Source: Octopus sinensis
Taxonomy: Eukaryota
DNA: 64,000 nt
Assembly: GCF_006345805.1 (NCBI RefSeq)
Contig: NC_043022.1
Coordinates: 9,858,001 to 9,922,000 of the forward strand
Reading direction: 5' to 3'
Below the pieces are notes generated by a model. It was not told the origin of the DNA, ran no database searches, and was given only the letters and a program-made list of their open reading frames with translations. A program made the translations under genes and the position numbers. Position 1 is the first letter of the stretch. Every line of letters starts with the position of its first letter. This document shows, piece by piece, positions 27,740-40,111 of this stretch.

Positions 27740-28310
27740 TGCTCTGAATCATTATGTTACCTTGTGTCAAATATTGTGATTTGGGTGAATTCGTTTGTAA
27801 TGAAGAAGCTGAAATTTTGATGTACTAATTTTCATATTTTTTCTGGTTTAGCTCCTAGCCATCGATATTTTTGTGTAATTCATTCCCTGATGTATACGAC
27901 GTATTACAGGTAACTTGGAGAGAAATGCATTTGCAGTAATAGGTTGACCCCTACCATATAGGGAGTTAAAGAACCATTCTCCGACTTTTCCTGTGATACC
28001 AAGATTTCTTAAATTATGACAGATGATTCCATGATCAGTCTTGTCAAACGCCTTAACAATATCAAGGTTTTAACAGTCAATGATCTTTCCCCTTAAAAGA
28101 TTATTAGAGGTAGTGTTATGATGCTGTAAGAATTGTGACAGGCAACTTCGTTCAGTCATAAACCTATACCGAGTGTCATCTAAGTTGTTTTCCTCCAGGT
28201 ATGTTATTACTTTTTGTCTTCGGATAAGGCGTTGGATAAATTTAGATGTGTAAGACATGAGGGAAACAGGTCTGTAATTTTTAGCTTCAGCACTGCTACC
28301 TCCTTTGTAC
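27740..28310 (-). mobile_element. CR1-like LINE reverse transcriptase fragment
   Basis: 'KNYRPVSLMSYTSK...TYLEENNL...RSCLSQFL', 'VKAFDKTDHGII'. Confidence 0.75.
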
Positions 28311-28349
28311 CTATATAGGTTTTTTTATAGTTTCTTTCAATAGTCTTGG

Positions 28350-30067
28350 GAATACGCAGAAGAAATACCTAGCTAAAGATAAACCCCTGTACTTAGCTTT
28401 TGTGGACTTGGAGAAAGCCTTTGACAGGGTCCCCCAGTCCCTTATCTGGTGGGTGACGTGGAAACTGGAGATTGACAAATGGTTAATAAGGGTTGTACAG
28501 GCCCTTTACAGAGAGGCTGTTAGTAAGGTTAGGATTGGCAATGAGTATATTGAAGAATTCCAGGTAGAAGTAGTGGTCCACCAAGGTTCAGCCCTCAGTC
28601 CCCTTTTATTCATCATACTCCTCCAGGCAATAACAGAGGAATTCAAGACGGGTGGCCCCTGGGAGTTCCTCTATGCTGATGACCTGACTGTCATAGCAGA
28701 ATCATTACTGGAACTAGAAAAGAAATTTCGGGTGTGGAAGCTAGGTTTAGAATCAAAAGGCCTTAGAGTCAATGTAGCAAAGACCAAAGTTCTAGTAAGT
28801 AGGAAGGTGAACTCATCACATACCCCCTCAGGTAGGTGGCCCTGCTCGATCTGTAGGTGTAGGTAGAAACTCCATAAGATGTACCCAGTGTAAGCTATGG
28901 ACGCATAAGAGGTGCAGCAACATCAAAGGGAAATTAACTGATAAGATAGCTTTCATGTGCAGCAGATGCACAGGGACAATAGACACCACAGATACTCAGA
29001 AAACAGATTCCATCACACTCCAGGGGAAGAAACTAGAAGTAGTTGATAGTTTTCACTACCTAGGTGACCAAGTTAGTAGTGGGGTGGATGCTCAGAGAGT
29101 GTTACCACTAGAATAAGAATAGCCTGTGCAAAGGTTAGGAAGCTTCTACCGCTACTGGTGACAAAGGGGTCTCTCACTCAGAGTGAAAGGTAGATCGTAC
29201 GATGCATGTGTGCAAACTGCCATGCTTCACAGAAGTGAAACATGGGCCATGACTGTGGAGGACATGTGTAGGCTCGAAAGAAATTAAACTAGCATGATCC
29301 GCTGGATGTGTAATGTCAGTGTGCACTCATAACAAAGTGTAAGCGCCCTGAGAGAAATGTTGGACATAAGAAGCATCAGACATGGCGTGCAAGAGAGACG
29401 TTCACGTTGGTGTGGTCATATACTACAATTGGATGAGGAGAGATGTGTGCCACTCCCAAACAGTTGAAGGAATCCGGGGTAGCAGTGAACCCAGGAAGAC
29501 ATGGGATGAGGTGGTCAAGCATGACCTTCGAACATTGGGACTCACAGAGGCAATGACGAAAGACCGAGACCTCTGGAGATATGCTATGACTGCAAAGATC
29601 CGACAAATGAAGTGAGTTCATGGCTCACAAGACGGCCTGTTGTGCTTATCTTGGATCATAGGGCAACCTGCTGTGCTTGAGGAGACCTATTGAGTCAAGT
29701 ACATCAACATCAAAATAAAAATCAAATGGAAATTGTAATTGTGTTACCCATGCCAGTGGCATGTAAAAAGCACCATCCGAATGTGGCTCATGCCAGCGCC
29801 ACCTTGACTGGCATCCATGCCGGTGGCACATAAAATGTACCAACCAATCGTGGCCATTGCCAGCCTCCTCACCCCCGTGCCGGTGACATGAAAAAAGCAC
29901 CCACTACACTCATAGATTGGTTGGCATTAGGAAGGGCATCCGGCTGTAGAAACACTGCCAGATCAGACTGGAGCCTGGTGCAGCCTCCTGGCTTCCCAGA
30001 CCCCAGTCGAACCTACCAACCCATGCTAGCATGGAAAATGGACATTAAGCAATGATGATGATGATGA
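28350..30067 (+). mobile_element. 5'-truncated RTE-clade LINE (RT, Cys-rich PHD-like insert, 3' UTR, (ATG)n tail)
   Basis: 'FVDLEKAFDRVP', 'HQGSALSPLLF', 'LYADDL', 'GLRVNVAKTK'; stops and frameshifts downstream. Confidence 0.92.
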
Positions 30068-31356
30068 CACATATTTTACTCATTGGACTGGGATCATGCT
30101 TAGACATCACCTTCAAGGATTCCAGATCAATTCTATTGATTGCAATACTTCTCTTTTATTCTGGTCATTGTTTTTATGAATCACCAATCATGAAATCTCT
30201 AAAGATACATCCTTACATACATACACAAATACATTCATACATATACACACATACACACACACATACATACATACACAAATACATACATACACAAATACAT
30301 ACATACATACACAAATACATACATACATACACAAATACATACATACATACACAAATACATACCACACATACATACATACACACATACACACACACATACA
30401 CACATACATACACACACACATACATACACACATACATACATACACACATACATACACGCACATGCATACATACACACATACATACACACACACACACACA
30501 CATACATACACACATACATACATACACACATACATACACACACACACATACATACACACACAAATACATACATACACAAATACATACATACATACACAAA
30601 TACATACATACATACACAAATACATACATACATACATACATACACAAATACATACATACACAAATACATACATACATACACAAATACATACATACATACA
30701 TACATACACAAATACATACATACACAAATACATACATACATACACAAATACATACATACATACACAAATACATACATACATACATACATACACAAATACA
30801 TACATACACACATACATACATACACACATACACACATACATACACACACACATACATATACACATACATACATACATACATACACACATACATACACGCA
30901 CATGCATACATACACACATACATACACACACACACACACACATACACACATACATACATACATACAGTGCAAGGTATAGAGTATATTATCGTTTGTTTTG
31001 TTTTTATTACTAAATAACGAGGCTAAAGTAAAAGTAAATACGCAAGGATGTTTGCAGTTTTGAAGTCATTAGCAGGTCCCCTGTGATGTTGAAATGTTTT
31101 AATTTTAAACAAACACAGCGCCATCTTTTGATCAAGCCAATTGTCATACTGGTTCGCGCTCCCTTGAGGTAATTTTGTTTCTGTCACATTGTTAATGTTC
31201 ATAATCAGTGCCACAAAAGTCTGTGTCTATGTCTGTGTGTGTGTGTGTGTGTATAGTTAATCCAAACATGAAAACACAAAGAGAAAACACAACAACATGA
31301 GGACATGGAACAAATATAGTATTATTGGATGCTCAGGAAGGAAGGGAAGGAGGAGG

Positions 31357-31391
31357 GTTTAACATTTCGAGCGGAGCTCTTCATCAGAAAC
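31357..31391 (-). ncRNA. Minimal type I hammerhead-like motif (Penelope-type)
   Basis: RC reads GTTT CTGATGA A GAGC TCC GCTC GAAA TG TT AAAC. Confidence 0.6.
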
Positions 31392-31976
31392 ATAGGAAAA
31401 GGAAAGATCCAGAGAAAGGAAGACGGAGGAAAAAAATCGCCAACGGTACACACATGGTCAAATGAATATATATAAAGAATATTAATACGCATGACTGCAG
31501 AGGATATGTGAAGGCTTGAAGGAAATGAAGCCACTGCTTCAGTGGATGTGCAATGTTAGTGTGCATGTACAAGAGAGTGTTAGTGTCTTGAGAGAAAAAC
31601 TGAGCACAAGAGGCATCAGATGTGGTGTACAAGAGAGATGACTACACTGGTATGGTCATGTAATGTGTATGGATGAGGACACCTATGTAAAGAAGTGCTG
31701 ATCTCTAACTGTGGGGGGAACCTATGGAAGAGGGAGGCTCAGGAAGACATAGAACAAAGTGGTGATGAATGATCCTTGGATGTTGGATCTTATGGAAGTG
31801 ATGACAAATGATCATGACCTTTGGTGATTTGCTGTGCTTGAGAAGACTCATCAAGCCAAGTGAAATTGTAGTTGTGTACAGTGCTACACCATAAAACACT
31901 AATATAGATCCTATGGTTCTACAACTCAGTATTTTCTGCTGATACTTACACGTATGTTTGAGAAGCTGGATTAATA

Positions 31977-34254
31977 CCGGGATTTTCTGAAAATCTGCCC
32001 ATCCATTAAATCACCCATGAGAGTTTATTTGGATGGGTGGTTATTTGTGGTTAAAAATTGAAACAGAGTTAGTGTTCTTGTTTGCATTCCGTTTAGACGT
32101 CCATTTGCACTACATCTGTAGAGAAATTCAAAGGATTTTTATTCCCAATAATGGAGTCGAAAGAAAATATATCAAAACACATTCAACAATCATATACCAT
32201 TAGTGAAAAATTGAATGCTATTAAACGAGTAAAAGAACATCCTGGCAATTTATCTGCTGCGTCAAGAGACTTGGGTATTGATAGAAAACGATTGAGAGAA
32301 TGGTGCACAAAAGAAACTGGGTTAATCAATATTTCAGATGAGGAGGCGTAGATCAATTGGTGGAGGTAGAGGACCAGCACATAGAGATCTAGAGATTGAA
32401 CTCTTACAGTGAATTGTTGTTCAGCATGCAAACAATATAATTGTAAATTATTGCCGTTCACGGGAATATACATTTGAATTGGTAAAAGGGTTTGGAATTG
32501 AAATGAACAGTTTTAGATGTTCTGATAAATGGATTTTCAATTTCATGAAATGGAATTAACTGACTGTGAGAAAGATTACACATGTTGGTCAAGCAGACAA
32601 TAAAACACTTGGAGAAAAGGCACAAATCGCCAGTGACTATCTAGATAGCATTCTTGTATTAACAGCAGATAAGGATGCTGACCAGATTTATAAAATGGAT
32701 GAAACACCTGTATACGTTGACATGTTGAGTTCAACAACCATAGACTTTGTTGGCAATAAGAATGTAGATGCTAGCTACTGTGGTGCTACCAAAGCTCGTT
32801 TTATTGCTGTGTTGTGTGTTAATGCTGCAGGAAAGGTGTTGAAAACAATGATTATCCTTAAAGGATTGAAAAACGTGCCTAAAATCAAGGTCCCGAAGAA
32901 TATTTACTTAACAGTCTCCAACAGGGGATCAATCACATATGAACTCATGCAACTGTGGGCTGACAAAGTGTTTGAGCAGAGAAGAGTGCAACTATTCCAT
33001 GCTCAAAATTCAGTGTTATTCATGGATGAATGCTCAGTACACAAGAAAACAGCTCCTAGAAGTGTTCAAACGTAGGAATACAATTCTTAAACTTATACCT
33101 CCTAAAACAACATCTTACTTGCAGCCATTAGATGTATCAATTATTGGTCCTTTCAAGAAAGCCCTTTGTACTGAGTGGGAGAATTGGTTTTCAAATGGCA
33201 AAAAGGAGTGTACAAATAAAGGATATCGCAAAAAAACCTTCTTATCAAGAGATAGTGAACTTTGTGACCCAAGCTGTTTCCACTTTAAATAAACTATAAG
33301 GTGTTTTTTTGAATGCTGTGGAATTGCTCATCGTGGGCAGACTAGAACATAGCCTCTTAAACTCACGTTTACAGGGTGTTTTGTCTGGCCATGAGGTAAA
33401 TACGCCAGATGCGCATAAGACAAAATTGAAGAAGATGAGATAGAAGTGAAATTAGCTCTGATGTGAATTAAGGCCAAGCAATGAAGAAATTCGTGACATT
33501 TAACTTGAAACTATTCAGTTAATATTCTACCATAAGTTCCCAAGGACATTGCTTGTTCATACGAGGCTTCTATTCATGTTTTCAACAGTTTAATTTTCAA
33601 TATTTCCTAATAGATCCATTGTTAACTTCAGAACAATTTTAAATTTCGTATACTGGTAGAATGTGTTTATAAAACATCTTTTTCTTTTGGCTTTATTGAG
33701 AAAATTCTATAGTTTGTAAGATATTTGTTGTTTCTTTTCTTCAATTTGTGCAATTTCAACCAATCAATGACGTCTATTGAGGTAAAAAAAAAAACATTCT
33801 GTGCCGTATGAAAATGTCCCTCGTTTAAGAAACAGATTGGGTTTATTTACATTTGTGAAGGAAAAAAGATATCCTTCCCCCACCCCTAACCCTAAAACAG
33901 ATTGAAATGCAATAGATCGATAATAGGGTCATAATAGGGTGACAATTTCATATGACACAGCTAGAAAAAACTGCCGTTCAAACCGAAAAGATCCATATGC
34001 TACTTATTTTAAGGCTGTTTCAGTTTCTTTATGTCTATATATCTGATAACTGAAACGATAGAAGTTCAATGGAATTGTATAAAATAAATATGGTTGTTGA
34101 GAATATCTTTGTTTATCCTAGATGAAATATTTTACTTCCATATTACCGCCCATGGGCGCTTATTATAGGTGAGCAGTTATTTAAGCCAAAAAATAATTTT
34201 GTAAAACAGAATTTTCTGTTTAACAGCCCTGGGCGGATTTTCGGAAAACCACGG
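31977..34254 (+). mobile_element. Full-length but decayed pogo-family DNA transposon
   Basis: 25 bp imperfect TIRs (CCGGGATTTTCTGAAAATCTGCCCA / RC CCGTGGTTTTCCGAAAATCCGCCCA) flanked by TA. N-terminal HTH ORF at 32151-32351. DDE motifs 'KMDETP', 'LFMDECSVH' and 'YLQPLDV' are split by stops and frameshifts. Confidence 0.92.
33640..33994 (+). mobile_element. Truncated MITE nested in the pogo element
   Basis: Homologous to 36060-36554; ends with TIR ...CTGCCGTTCAAACCGAAAAGATCC. Confidence 0.8.
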
Positions 34255-34571
34255 TAGTAAGATTATATCAACATAACCGCACGGCAAACTTAGCAGACGA
34301 TCACCAGTCGCCATTTGCAATAGCCGACTAATAGAAAATGAAAAGAATCAGCCCGTTCAGCCAGGTCCTGGGGTCCGTTCTGTTTGCACTGCCTCGTTAG
34401 GGCGCTCTCTCATACAGTGCTCGGTCAGCCGAGAGCTTTCAGTGAAAAGTATAGTTCATGGTACCTAACTGGGCTTTTACAGCAGATTAATACCATGTAC
34501 CGGTACCTTTTATGACAGGTCAGTTCTTGTCAGTCAGAGCAATAGCAATAAACCTTAATTACCAGTTACTT

Positions 34572-34787
34572 TTAACCCTTTCGTTACCAACCCGGCTGAT
34601 ACCGGCTCTGGTTCTGAGTACAAATGTCTTGTTTTCATAAGTTTTGAATTAAAATCTTCCACCAAACCTTCGTCGCAATTTATGTTCCTAACACCAGCTG
34701 AATAATAACTAAGTTGTTTTACTAAATTCTTTGTTATATTCAAAATTAATTGAAAGAAACACAGAGCATCTCAACAGAAATACGGTA
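34572..34787 (+). mobile_element. piggyBac-type MITE
   Basis: Begins TTAACCCTTTCGTTACC; same family as 10670 and 60175. Confidence 0.6.
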
Positions 34788-34885
34788 GGTTTCTTGAAAA
34801 GGCTCAAGTTGTCACTCTTTCATAAGCTGCAGGACTCTCACTGGGTGAATATTAATTTTCAGCAACCGTAAAAAAAGACCCCTTC

Positions 34886-35135
34886 ATGGCTCTAAGTGAT
34901 AAACGAAGGAAATATGGAGCAGGTCTTAAGCTGAAAGTGGGAGCATTGGCCAAGTACAACAACAACTGTGCTGCTGCAAGAGAATACGGTGTAACCAAGA
35001 TGATAAGAGTTTGGAGATTAAACGAAGACTTATTAAGTACATATAGGACAAAATGTGCAATGAGGGTAGGCATTGCACACTGGTAAATTCTAGTATGTAA
35101 CAGACATGGACAGAGCGCAGCGTCAAAATGGATTA
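34886..35135 (+). mobile_element. pogo (POGK-like) Brinker-type DNA-binding domain remnant
   Basis: 'KRRKYGAGLKLKV..LAKYNNNCAAAREYGVT.KMIRVWR'. Confidence 0.7.
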
Positions 35136-35402
35136 GTCATTTCAAGACCAATAATCTCGTGAAGCAAGACAAAATTTGCAAATTAAAGAAAATAATTGCA
35201 ATGTACTTGATAACAACATTTCTAATATATTACAATATAATATTATACATACCGTAAGTAAATCTGCAAATCCATTTCACGTATATATTATTATGGTATA
35301 CTTGACACCATGCCGGTTCCTGTAAACTGATGTCTAAGTAACGTCACTACGGTGATGTTTACACCAACCAGGTACGTTTGATGCGTAATATATTAGGTAA
35401 TT

Positions 35403-35751
35403 TCTATACATATAAACGGCAAAATGTCTGCGTGCGTGTCCTTTATACAAATCCACATTTTTTTCAGTTAGAGGGCTCGCACTTTCTATGGTCATTCAAA
35501 ACCGTCCAAGGGTGGTCGTGCACATCTTTACATTTCCCCAGTCACCCCGCAAAGACATTAAAAAATCAATAGAAGTGACTTTTTTGTGAATTTTCTATGC
35601 AAAACCCAATCAAAATGCCCGAAACTTGATACGCCAATTGAAAGCTTGCTAGCTGTATGTGACTGGTCGGAGATTTGGACAGTACACGCGTGTATGTGTG
35701 TATATGCATGCACTAGCACTATGACCCGGCGTTGCCAGGTCATAGTGCTAG
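35403..35751 (+). mobile_element. Non-autonomous Helitron
   Basis: TC-TATACATATAAA start, 3' GC hairpin, CTAG|T end. Confidence 0.7.
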
Positions 35752-36059
35752 TTTACAATATTTGGCCAGTTTTTGAAAAGAACTGGTTAAATTTTAAACA
35801 ACCAAGACTGGAGAATTGTTGCTTACGAAGTTTACTCACTGAAACATAGTTAAAATGCGATTGAAAAGCAGAAGCTTCAGGGGCCACTGGGCAAACCACA
35901 GCTCACCCGACCCCTTTAACTATGAACCTCTCATCTTCGGCGCTTGAGCTGTTTTCTGTTTTCCACGAGAAGTACTATTCAGCAAGTAAAGCTCAAAACC
36001 ACTTATTTACATGGAGATCCTGCAAATCTTCTTGTAAACCCAGTCGTATTATACGCCGG

Positions 36060-36554
36060 GGATCTTTTCGGTTTGAACGACAGTTTTTTAAAATAATTAC
36101 CACGTAACTAAACACTTTTATACTTCGTATACTGGTAGAATGTGTTTATAAAACATCTTTTTCTCTTGGCTTTATCAATAAAGCCAAGAGAAAAAGATGT
36201 TTTATAAACACATTCTACCAGTATACGAAGTATAAAAGTGTTTAGTTACGTGGAAATTATTTAAAAAAACTGTAAATTCTATAGTTTGTAAGATATTTGT
36301 TGTTGTTTTTTCTTCAATTTGTGCAATTTCAACCAATCACTGACGTCCATTGAGGTAAAAAAAAACATTCTGTGCCGTATGAATATGTCCCTCATTTAAG
36401 AAACAGATTGGGTTTTCTGAAGAAAAAAAGATACCCTTTCCCCCACCCCTAACCCTAACCCTAAAACAGATTGAAATGCAATAGGGTCATAATTATGGGT
36501 GACAATTTCATATGACACCACTAGAAAAAACTGCCATTCAAACCGAAAAGATCC
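36060..36554 (+). mobile_element. MITE with 24 bp TIRs and internal fold-back duplication
   Basis: GGATCTTTTCGGTTTGAACGACAG ... CTGCCATTCAAACCGAAAAGATCC; contains a short (CCCTAA)n. Confidence 0.85.
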
Positions 36555-36559
36555 TATAT

Positions 36560-36627
<68 letters not shown>

Positions 36628-36706
36628 ACTGAAAAATATATCAATCTCTCTCTGTCTATTTCTTCCTCTTTCTCTTTCTCTCACTTTATTGTTTTTACCT
36701 GTGCAG

Positions 36707-36826
36707 GTACTCTGTAACAGTTCTCCATTGAAGACCAGTTTGATTCCAAATGAATTCATGCTGCAAGTGGAAAACCGCAGCACATGGAGGAAGTTACCAG
36801 TACCAGTGAACAACGAGCTGAGGAGA
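36707..36826 (+). CDS. Internal exon of coiled-coil/Death-domain gene (VLCNSSPLK...NNELRR)
   Basis: Pyrimidine tract + TGCAG acceptor, AGA|GTGAGG donor, 120 nt, phase 0 matching the next exon. Confidence 0.6.
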
Positions 36827-37369
36827 GTGAGGCACTTTTTTTTATTATCCACCCACACATACACACTTTGTTGTATTTTCATCCTTGTTCTATCAATGTT
36901 AGATACAGGAGGGCTTCGGTCCCCAACCTTTTTTGCAGATTCATGCAAGACCATTTTGGAAAGACCTAGGGATCACGCACGTAACAAAACAATTAGGCAC
37001 AGGAGTGGCTGTGTGGTAAGTAGCTTGTTTACCAACCACATGGTTCCGGGTTCAGTCCCACTGTGTGGCACCTTGGGCAAGTGTCTTCTACTATAGCCTC
37101 GAGCTGACCAAAGTTTTGTGAGTGGATTTGGTAGACGGAAACTGAAAGAAGCCCATCGTATATATGTATATATATATATATGCGTGTATATGTTTGTGTA
37201 TCTGTGTTTGTCCCCCTAGCATTGCTTGACAACTGATGCTGGTGTGTTTATGTCCCCATTACGTAGCGGTTCGGCAAAAGAGACCGATAGAATAAGTACT
37301 AGGCTTACAAAGAATAAGTCCTGGGGTCGATTTGCTCGACTAACGGCAGTGCTCCAGCATGGCCGCAGA

Positions 37370-37600
37370 TAGTAAAGAATCAGGGCCTGGCCATTGAGTT
37401 ACAGAGGCTATGGAAGGTGTGAGTAAATTATATCCCTGTAGTTGTGGGTGCATAAGGAACTATCTCTAAAGATTTGAACAGATGGATAGAGGAAATAGGC
37501 ATAAAACCTAGTTTAGAGCAGCTCCAGAAAATGGGGTTATTAGGGACAGCTAGGAAGGTTCTTGGCATCAAAGGTTACCTGTTGTAGCTCAATGTTAGGA
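37370..37600 (+). mobile_element. R4/Dong-clade LINE 3' remnant
   Basis: 'GLAIELQRLWKV..IPVVVGA.GTISKDLNRWIEEIG...LQK..LLGTARKVLG'. Confidence 0.75.
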
Positions 37601-37612
37601 ATTTTTCTTACA

Positions 37613-38005
37613 AGGCGCAGGAGTAGCTGTGTGGTAAGTAGCTTGCTTACCAACCACATGGTTCCAGGTTCAGTCCCACTACGTGGCACCTTGGGCAAGT
37701 GTCTTCTACTATAGCCTCGGGCCGACCAAAGCCTTGTGAGTGGATTTGGTAGACGGAAACTGAAAGAAGCCTGTCGTATATATGTATGTGTATATGTTTG
37801 TGTGTCTGTTTGTCCCCCCAGCATCGCTTGACAACCGATGCTGGTGTGTTTACGTCCCTGTAACTTAGTGGTTCAGCAAAAGAGACCGATAGAATAAGTA
37901 CTAGACTTACAAAGAATAAGTCCTGGGGTCGATTTGCTCGACTAAAGGCGGTGCTCCAGCATGGCCACAGTCAAATGACTGAAACAAGTAAAAGAGTAAA
38001 AGAGT
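37613..38005 (+). mobile_element. SINE family B, full length, intronic
   Basis: Complete head-to-tail copy ending 53 nt before the splice acceptor. Confidence 0.9.
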
Positions 38006-38058
38006 AACAGTAATTTTATTGTGCGTATATGAAATAATTTTTTTCCGTTTCTATACAG

Positions 38059-39076
38059 ATCTTCACCCGTGCAAAATTGTTTGATAGACTTATAACAAGA
38101 AGCATCAACGACCTTCAGAAAATTTACAAAGATTACTTGAACAAACATTGCTTGAGTTTCCTCCAAGAAGGTGATCCAAGTGGTCTGAAGGTTCCCAATT
38201 CCTATGAGAAAAACATCCAGAAATGGCGCCAGGAAATTCAAAACGAATACACCATTCTGCAATGTCAACTGACAGAATTACAAGACTTGGGTGTTTCTCT
38301 ATTGAATTACGTTTCAACTATTGACAGAGTGAGTCAGGTAATGAGCGAGGTCCTCGACTTCTTACCTCATATAATCGAACTGATTAAACTGTGGTTAATC
38401 GAAGAAGAGATATATTTGAAGAAAATCGAAGACGAACTCAGCTCTTTGTTACGGAATAAGAGTCGTTGTAGCAAAGCCTTGCGCCAACAACATGTGGTCG
38501 TGAAAGAGGTCCGGGGCAACTACCAACAGCAAAAATTCATCAGTCAGAGGTTATGGCAAGACGTCAAAGCAACCCTCCAGGAAAAGAAAGTCCTCGAACA
38601 ACAAGAAAATATCCTCAAAAACAACTTGAACGTCACGGAAAGCGAATTGAGTCTCAAGAAATCTACTCGTGCCGATGCCGAGGTGCAGTTTCAGAGTCAC
38701 CAAAGCACTTCACCGATGTTCTTCGACCACTGGACTGATTTTATCGAGAAACAGGAACTTGACATTTGCCAGCTGAGACTTCGAAGAGATCGCGTTAAAG
38801 TCGAATGGAGCCGATTGATCAAATCGAAATACTATTGCCAGAGGAAACTCGATGATGTAGACAGCAAGTATCAGAGCTGCAAGAAGGTTCTGGATCAAAT
38901 GGAGAGCAAACTTCAGAAAGAAGAAGATGATTACTTAAAACTGGAGAGGGATTTGGACGGCCTTATTGCCAAGGTTGATGTTCTGGAAAGAATCAGAGAA
39001 CAGAAAATACAAACGCACACCATTGAAACGATATTTATGAAACCAAAAGCTTTAGAATCTGAGCCCAATTCGGACA
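38059..39076 (+). CDS. Large exon (339 codons) encoding a long coiled-coil region
   Basis: Stop-free, non-repetitive frame rich in E/K/Q/L. Acceptor TTTCTATACAG|ATC, donor GACA|GTAAGT (phase 0 to 1). Confidence 0.9.
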
Positions 39077-39171
39077 GTAAGTGACGTGATTTCTTTTTAA
39101 TAATGTACATTTCATATATACTGCAGTGTGTGAGAGTCTGTGTGTGCATGGGCATTTGTTATAACCAGAAA

Positions 39172-39295
39172 TGGCTCTGACAAAAGTAGCATTAATTTTC
39201 TTAAGTCATTCAATTTACCTCAGTTGATCAAGAGACCAATAGACTAAACCTATTAATAATGTACCTATAATGGCTATGGAAACAGCTGTAAGCCA
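39172..39295 (+). ncRNA. Type I hammerhead-like motif with large stem II insert (G8A core mutation), intronic sense strand
   Basis: TGGCT CTGACAA aagTAGCATTA...TAATGGCTAtg GAAAC AGCT GTA AGCCA. Confidence 0.5.
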
Positions 39296-39325
39296 AATTT
39301 ATATATGTATGTATGTATATATATG

Positions 39326-39432
<107 letters not shown>

Positions 39433-39969
39433 GTATATATGCATATATATATGTATTATGTGTATGTATATCATCATCATCAATATCATCATTTCACATT
39501 TGCTTTCCATGCTGGCATGGGTTGGACGGTTTGACTGGTTCCAGTCTGATTTGGCATGCCTTCTACAGCTGATGGCCTTCCTAATGTCAACCACTTCAAG
39601 AGAGTAATGGGTGCTTTTTACATGCCACTGGCATGAGTGCTTTTATGTGCCACCAGTACAGGTGCCAGTTACATGACACCACTACTGTACACTACAATTT
39701 CATTTGGCTTGATGAGTCTTCTCAAGCAAGGCATATCGCCAAGGGTCTTGGTCACTTGTCATCTCCTCCATGAGGCCCAACATTTGAAGATCATACTTCA
39801 CCATCTCATGTTTTCCTGGGTTTACCTCTTCCACAGGTTCCAGAGATCAGCACTTCTTTACACAACTGTCCTCATCATATGTATGTATGCATGTACGCCA
39901 AATTTAATAAATCATACATTGTGTAATGCTTTCTCAAATCATTATCTCCATTTCTTTGTTATATTTCAG

Positions 39970-40092
39970 CCACTTTTGACAAGGCCTCAAGTCTGGTTGC
40001 ATCAGAAATCGGCAAAGACTGGATTTGCTTGTACAAAATCTTACCATTCCGTCCAACACGAGATATAAGATCCAGAATGCGCGATATCGAAA
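39970..40092 (+). CDS. Exon encoding the N-terminal half of a Death domain
   Basis: ATTTCAG| and A|GTAGGT boundaries, phase 1-1. Translates 'TFDKASSLVASEIGKDWICLYKILPFRPTRDIRSRMRDIE' (IG.DW..L motif). Not in the ORF track. Confidence 0.85.
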
Positions 40093-40111
40093 GTAGGTAT
40101 TTCTTAACACT

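Noticed and set aside
30052-31017. 321 aa ORF and the many other YI/HT/CV-rich ORFs
   Set aside because: Translations of TA/CA/TACA microsatellites; no coding signal
36447-36464. (CCCTAA)n telomere-like repeat
   Set aside because: Only about 2-3 units and part of the MITE (also at about 33885); not an interstitial telomere
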